Shown in pieces: positions 60,480-64,000 of a DNA stretch of 64,000 nucleotides. Numbering within the stretch: position 1 is the first letter of the stretch; every line of letters starts with the position of its first letter. The notes under the pieces were generated by a model. It saw only the letters and a list, made by a program, of their open reading frames with translations, had not been told where the DNA came from and did no database searches. The translations under genes were made by a program, and so were the position numbers. Origin of the DNA: Holothuria leucospilota (Eukaryota); contig CM055969.1 in NCBI GenBank assembly GCA_029531755.1, positions 23,751,285-23,815,284 of the forward strand. Direction: 5' to 3'.

Positions 60480-61760
60480 TATCGATGGCAACGTCATCGA
60501 TGGTAAACGCTATCGACGGTAATGCTATCGACGGTAAACGCTATCGACGGTAAACGCTATCGACGGTATACGCGAACTATGTCAACTCAATCGATGGTTT
60601 ACTTAATTGATGGTGGCGGTGTACACGCTATCGACCAAAGATATTACAAGCATAGATTCCAAACTTAAAATGGCGCGTTGACTCCTCATGGAGGCCAATA
60701 TATCGGGGCGGAAGTGCTGATCATTGCTCAGTCGTTTTGAAAACAAACAGGCAAATGAATGTATTACAAAAGTATAAGTACTTGTTATTTCGGAATGTTG
60801 TTGACTGGAGAAGTACTACGCCTCAATAAATTCCACTTAAACAAGAATAACGTATTTCTTCAACACGGCATTCCACGTATTTACACTTGAACATGAACGC
60901 ACAATGACTGGTTTTGCAAGTTCATGGACATTCATTGGTCAGTTTCTATGGTATCTTCAAGTGACGCACTTTTACATGCGCGTTCAATTACTTACGCGCT
61001 CATAACGTGAAGGCAACTAGCGCGTTTGTTTCCAGAGCGCGCAGAACTGTGCGTCAAGTATTCCGGATAGTACAGAGAGAAATGTATTCTGCGCGTATAG
61101 AATGCGTTGTAAAAGTGCACGCACGCTAACATCCTTTAACAATGAAATTTTCTGTGACGCGTTCTTATTTTTGTACGCAGATCGCGGAATATAACGGCGC
61201 ACATGTCAAATTTACACTTCCGCCCCGACATATGCGTCTCCTTGAGGAGTCACTGAGCGTAACAGTGTAGGTATAGGAGTTTGGAATCTATGCTTATAAT
61301 ATCTTTGCTATCGACGGTGTACGCGAACGATGGTAACTCAATCGATGGTTTACCTAGTCGATGGTATACGCGAACGATGGTAACTTAATCGATGGTTTAC
61401 TTTTTTGATCGTAGCGGTGTACACGCTATCGACGGTATACGCGAACGATGATAACTCAATTGGTGGTTTACTTCATTGATGGTGGCGGTGTACACGCTAT
61501 CGAAGGTACACGCGAACGATGATACCTTAATCGTTGGTTTACTTTATCGATGTTAGCGGTGTACACGCCAGCGGTGGTATACGCAAACGATGATAATTCA
61601 ATCAATGGTAAACGCTATTGACGGTAATGCTATCGTGATAGACGCTATCGACGGTAAATGCCATTGACGGTAGCGCTGTAGGTGGAGAACTCGATCGATG
61701 GTTAATAACTCGGTCGATGGTTAACACGGTCGATGGTCAACGCGATCGATGCTACACTCC
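60480..61760. repeat. Tandem array of a ~62-bp unit (ggtgtacacgctatcgacggtatacgcgaacgatg.taactcaat.gatggtttactt.attgatggtggc), split by the X copy R insertion
   Basis: Array segments lie at 60480-60636 and 61309-61760. An inverted copy of the array is at 63340-63960. Confidence 0.8.
60637..61308 (+). mobile_element. Element X copy R (672 bp, 28-bp TIR aaagatatta.aagcatagattccaaac) inserted into the tandem array, with a 9-bp flanking duplication gctatcgac
   Basis: The start aaagatattacaagcatagattccaaac pairs with the reverse complement of the end aaagatattataagcatagattccaaac. The flanks read cacgctatcgac(c)|X|gctatcgacgg. Confidence 0.7.
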
Positions 61761-63339
61761 ATCGAAGGTGGCACACTGCATGGTCGATTTTTGTTGCCAC
61801 GGGGTTAAGGACAAATCGCTTTGAACGAATTTGAACAGCTAACGGAAGTTAAGTAGAGCAGGTGTTAACCGTTACACAAGAGTATAATCCAATACGGTAG
61901 TTCGGAATGAACACAAGGAGCGAAGGTCAAAGGTCAAATGAGGGAACCTGCAGGGAACGGACGAACTTTTTGCCACCGTCACTGTGTAGCTAGAGCATAT
62001 ACACAGCCAATGAGAGCCGCTACGCAGACACTCGGCTGATGGCGGGATGTAAACATTCAAAAATTACATGTACGTACATGTAGGTACGAGATACGCATAG
62101 TGTATACTGTACACATAATTGTATGATTGTGCACGTACAAAGCGTTATTGTGCAGAGACAGGTAGCTAGCTGCTACTGGACTCACAAGCCTCACAGTCAA
62201 CAGTAGTCTGCAGTCTGCTGACCTAGTATTTGGGAAGCTTTGGGGCTTCCCATACTAGGTCAGCAATATACCCATTGTCAAAATTGGGCTACCGCGACTT
62301 CAAAAATTTTGAATGGTCTCGATCTTTCTCAAATTTACGTATACTCCTACATAATTGACCTCTACGGGGCCTTATATGTTTAAGACCCTTCACTCTAAGA
62401 TTATTAGCACTTAGTGTCCAAAAAAAGACCAAAAATTTTGATTTACACAAACGATCCTGTTTTGTTTTTTTAACATTCTATGAAACTGCCAAATCGTGTA
62501 ACTAGGACGTTCACACTATTGTATGCTAGATAGCACGCACTGCTGTTTAATTGTGACATAGTCCATAGCTATAGTTACGTTCATACACGCGCATACGCGT
62601 ATATAGCAACAATCACTGCAGCAACGCACGCAGACGATATTACTCTCACAGTAATACGCGGTCAAAAGTTTGTGTTGCAATAGCCTAGGCCTAGTTCAGG
62701 GAACAAAGTGTACGTCAGAACTAGGCCTAGGTACCCTAGGCTAAGTCAACAGTACTCTGATCGATCACGTTAGCAGTTTAGGGAAGGTTGCAATGAGTTA
62801 GGCTCACAAAATCTAGGCTATTGAGATTAAAGAAGATGATGATGTATCTACACATTTAGTTTGATAATGGTGAGTCGAGAAAACGGGGACTTAAACTAGC
62901 TTCGCTCTAAGTTCGTTAAGTTAGTCTAACGTTAACGTTAGTGTTTGCCACAATGAAAATGCCCGAACTCGAAACGCTACCGTTAGGCCTACAACACATT
63001 TCCATTTAGAATAGAAGAAATGCGTGTGATAATGATCACTCGAAAATATGGTAAAGAAAATAAACTACGATTTCCCTTCACTAACCTTGTAGGCTATACT
63101 TGATGAAGTTCTCTAGCGTCACCCTACCCACACCGGCTAGTCAGTCTGCATGTGCATGTGTGCTGCATTATAATATCTGCCGTATACTAGTTAGTACGTA
63201 CGTACATGCCCTGCACTAGAGCTGAGGTACGTGCGAGAAAAGAGTACGTACGCTTCGGTAGCTATGCAGAAGACATTCCACATATGTCTCCTTACAATTC
63301 CATGTATTTAAAGAAAATTTCCTGAAATAGACACTAAGT

Positions 63340-63960
63340 TCGATTCATTTTAGAAAGTATTCCATGCACTATTCCATCGATAAAACTATCAACGTTTGCG
63401 TATACCATCGATAGCGTGCTCACCGCCTCCATCGATGAAGTGAACCACCGATTGAGTTATCAACATTCGCGTATACCTCCGCTGGCGTGTACACCGCTAC
63501 CATCGATGAAGTGAACCACCGATTAAGGTATCATCGTTCGCGTGTACCTTCGATAGCGTGTACACCGCTACCATCGATGAAGTGAACCACCTATTGAGTT
63601 ATCAACATTCGCGTATACCGCTGCTAGCGTGTACACCGCCACCATCAATTAAGTAAACCATCGATTGGGTTGACATAGTTCGCGTATACCGTCGATAGCG
63701 TGTACACCGCTACCATCGATAAAGTAAACCATCGATTGAGTTACCAACGTTTGCATATACCGTCGATAGTGTGTTCACCGCCACCATCAATAAAGTAAAC
63801 CACCGATTGAGCTATCATCGTTCGCGTATACCGTCGATAGCGTTTACCGTCGATAGCGTTTACCACCGATGACGTTGCCATCGATACCTTCAGTACCTTC
63901 CACCACCTTCGACGACTGTTTGCGTGATTGGCGCTCCAATCGTTCCTCGTCCTTAATATC
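63340..63960. repeat. Inverted copy of the ~62-bp tandem array plus its flanking sequence, uninterrupted by X
   Basis: 63880-63960 is the reverse complement of 60440-60520, and the array units at 63340-63900 are the reverse complement of the 60480-61760 units. Confidence 0.75.
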
Positions 63961-64000
63961 AGTTAAATAACCATAGCAATTGCTTCACGAACTCGATGAA

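Noticed and set aside
33000-64000. Prokaryote-style defence island or operon in the repeat-rich half, prompted by the hint about a novel system
   Set aside because: There is no long ORF and no operon-like ORF series. The ORFs in the track are under 120 aa and coincide with repeats or low-complexity DNA. The region is a eukaryotic transposon/satellite nest, so I am not claiming any protein-based system here.

Overview
Eukaryotic (metazoan, probably an invertebrate) genomic DNA, AT-rich (roughly 60% AT), with spliceosomal introns and no prokaryotic organisation. It splits into two very different halves. (1) Positions ~1-32571 are filled by one large multi-exon gene on the minus strand. The window cuts off its 3' end. 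Translating its exons gives a TEP1-like (telomerase-associated protein 1 / TROVE-NACHT) architecture: N-terminal Ser/Leu-rich repeats, a TROVE module (FMAMLRNL and KLPTPETWE signatures), an RGG box, a DUF4062 domain (VFISSTFKDM...DLRWGV; CDYFIGILGERYGFVPE), and a NACHT NTPase with P-loop GQQGCGKS and Walker B YVILIDGLDE. Exon 1, the start codon and 26 further exons can be placed from splice consensus; additional small exons are probably missed. Its introns carry MITEs, hairpins, a tRNA-derived SINE, minisatellites and a 2.5-kb TIR element. (2) Positions ~33000-64000 have no convincing protein-coding gene. They form a dense nest of non-autonomous transposons and satellites. Elements there include a 127-bp satellite, several TIR/foldback elements, a 5'-truncated CR1-like LINE tail, and a ~7-kb composite inverted-repeat structure (41.4-48.7 kb) that contains a datable 64-bp TTAA-flanked palindromic insertion. 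There is also a twin MITE pair with poly-G cores, a tandem array of ~250-bp units whose heads are U2-snRNA 5' sequences (53.1-54.2 kb), a 330-bp tandem repeat carrying DR1 (AGGTCAAAGGTCA) motifs, and a nested TE complex at 59-64 kb (element X with 28-bp TIRs inserted into a ~62-bp tandem array, itself interrupted by a MITE with an 8-bp TSD, plus an inverted copy of the array). The palindromic cAMP-response-element octamer TGACGTCA occurs 11 times, 10 of them between 49.1 and 60.3 kb, largely inside repeat termini. I found no CRISPR array, no rRNA, no intact tRNA and no full-length snRNA gene.
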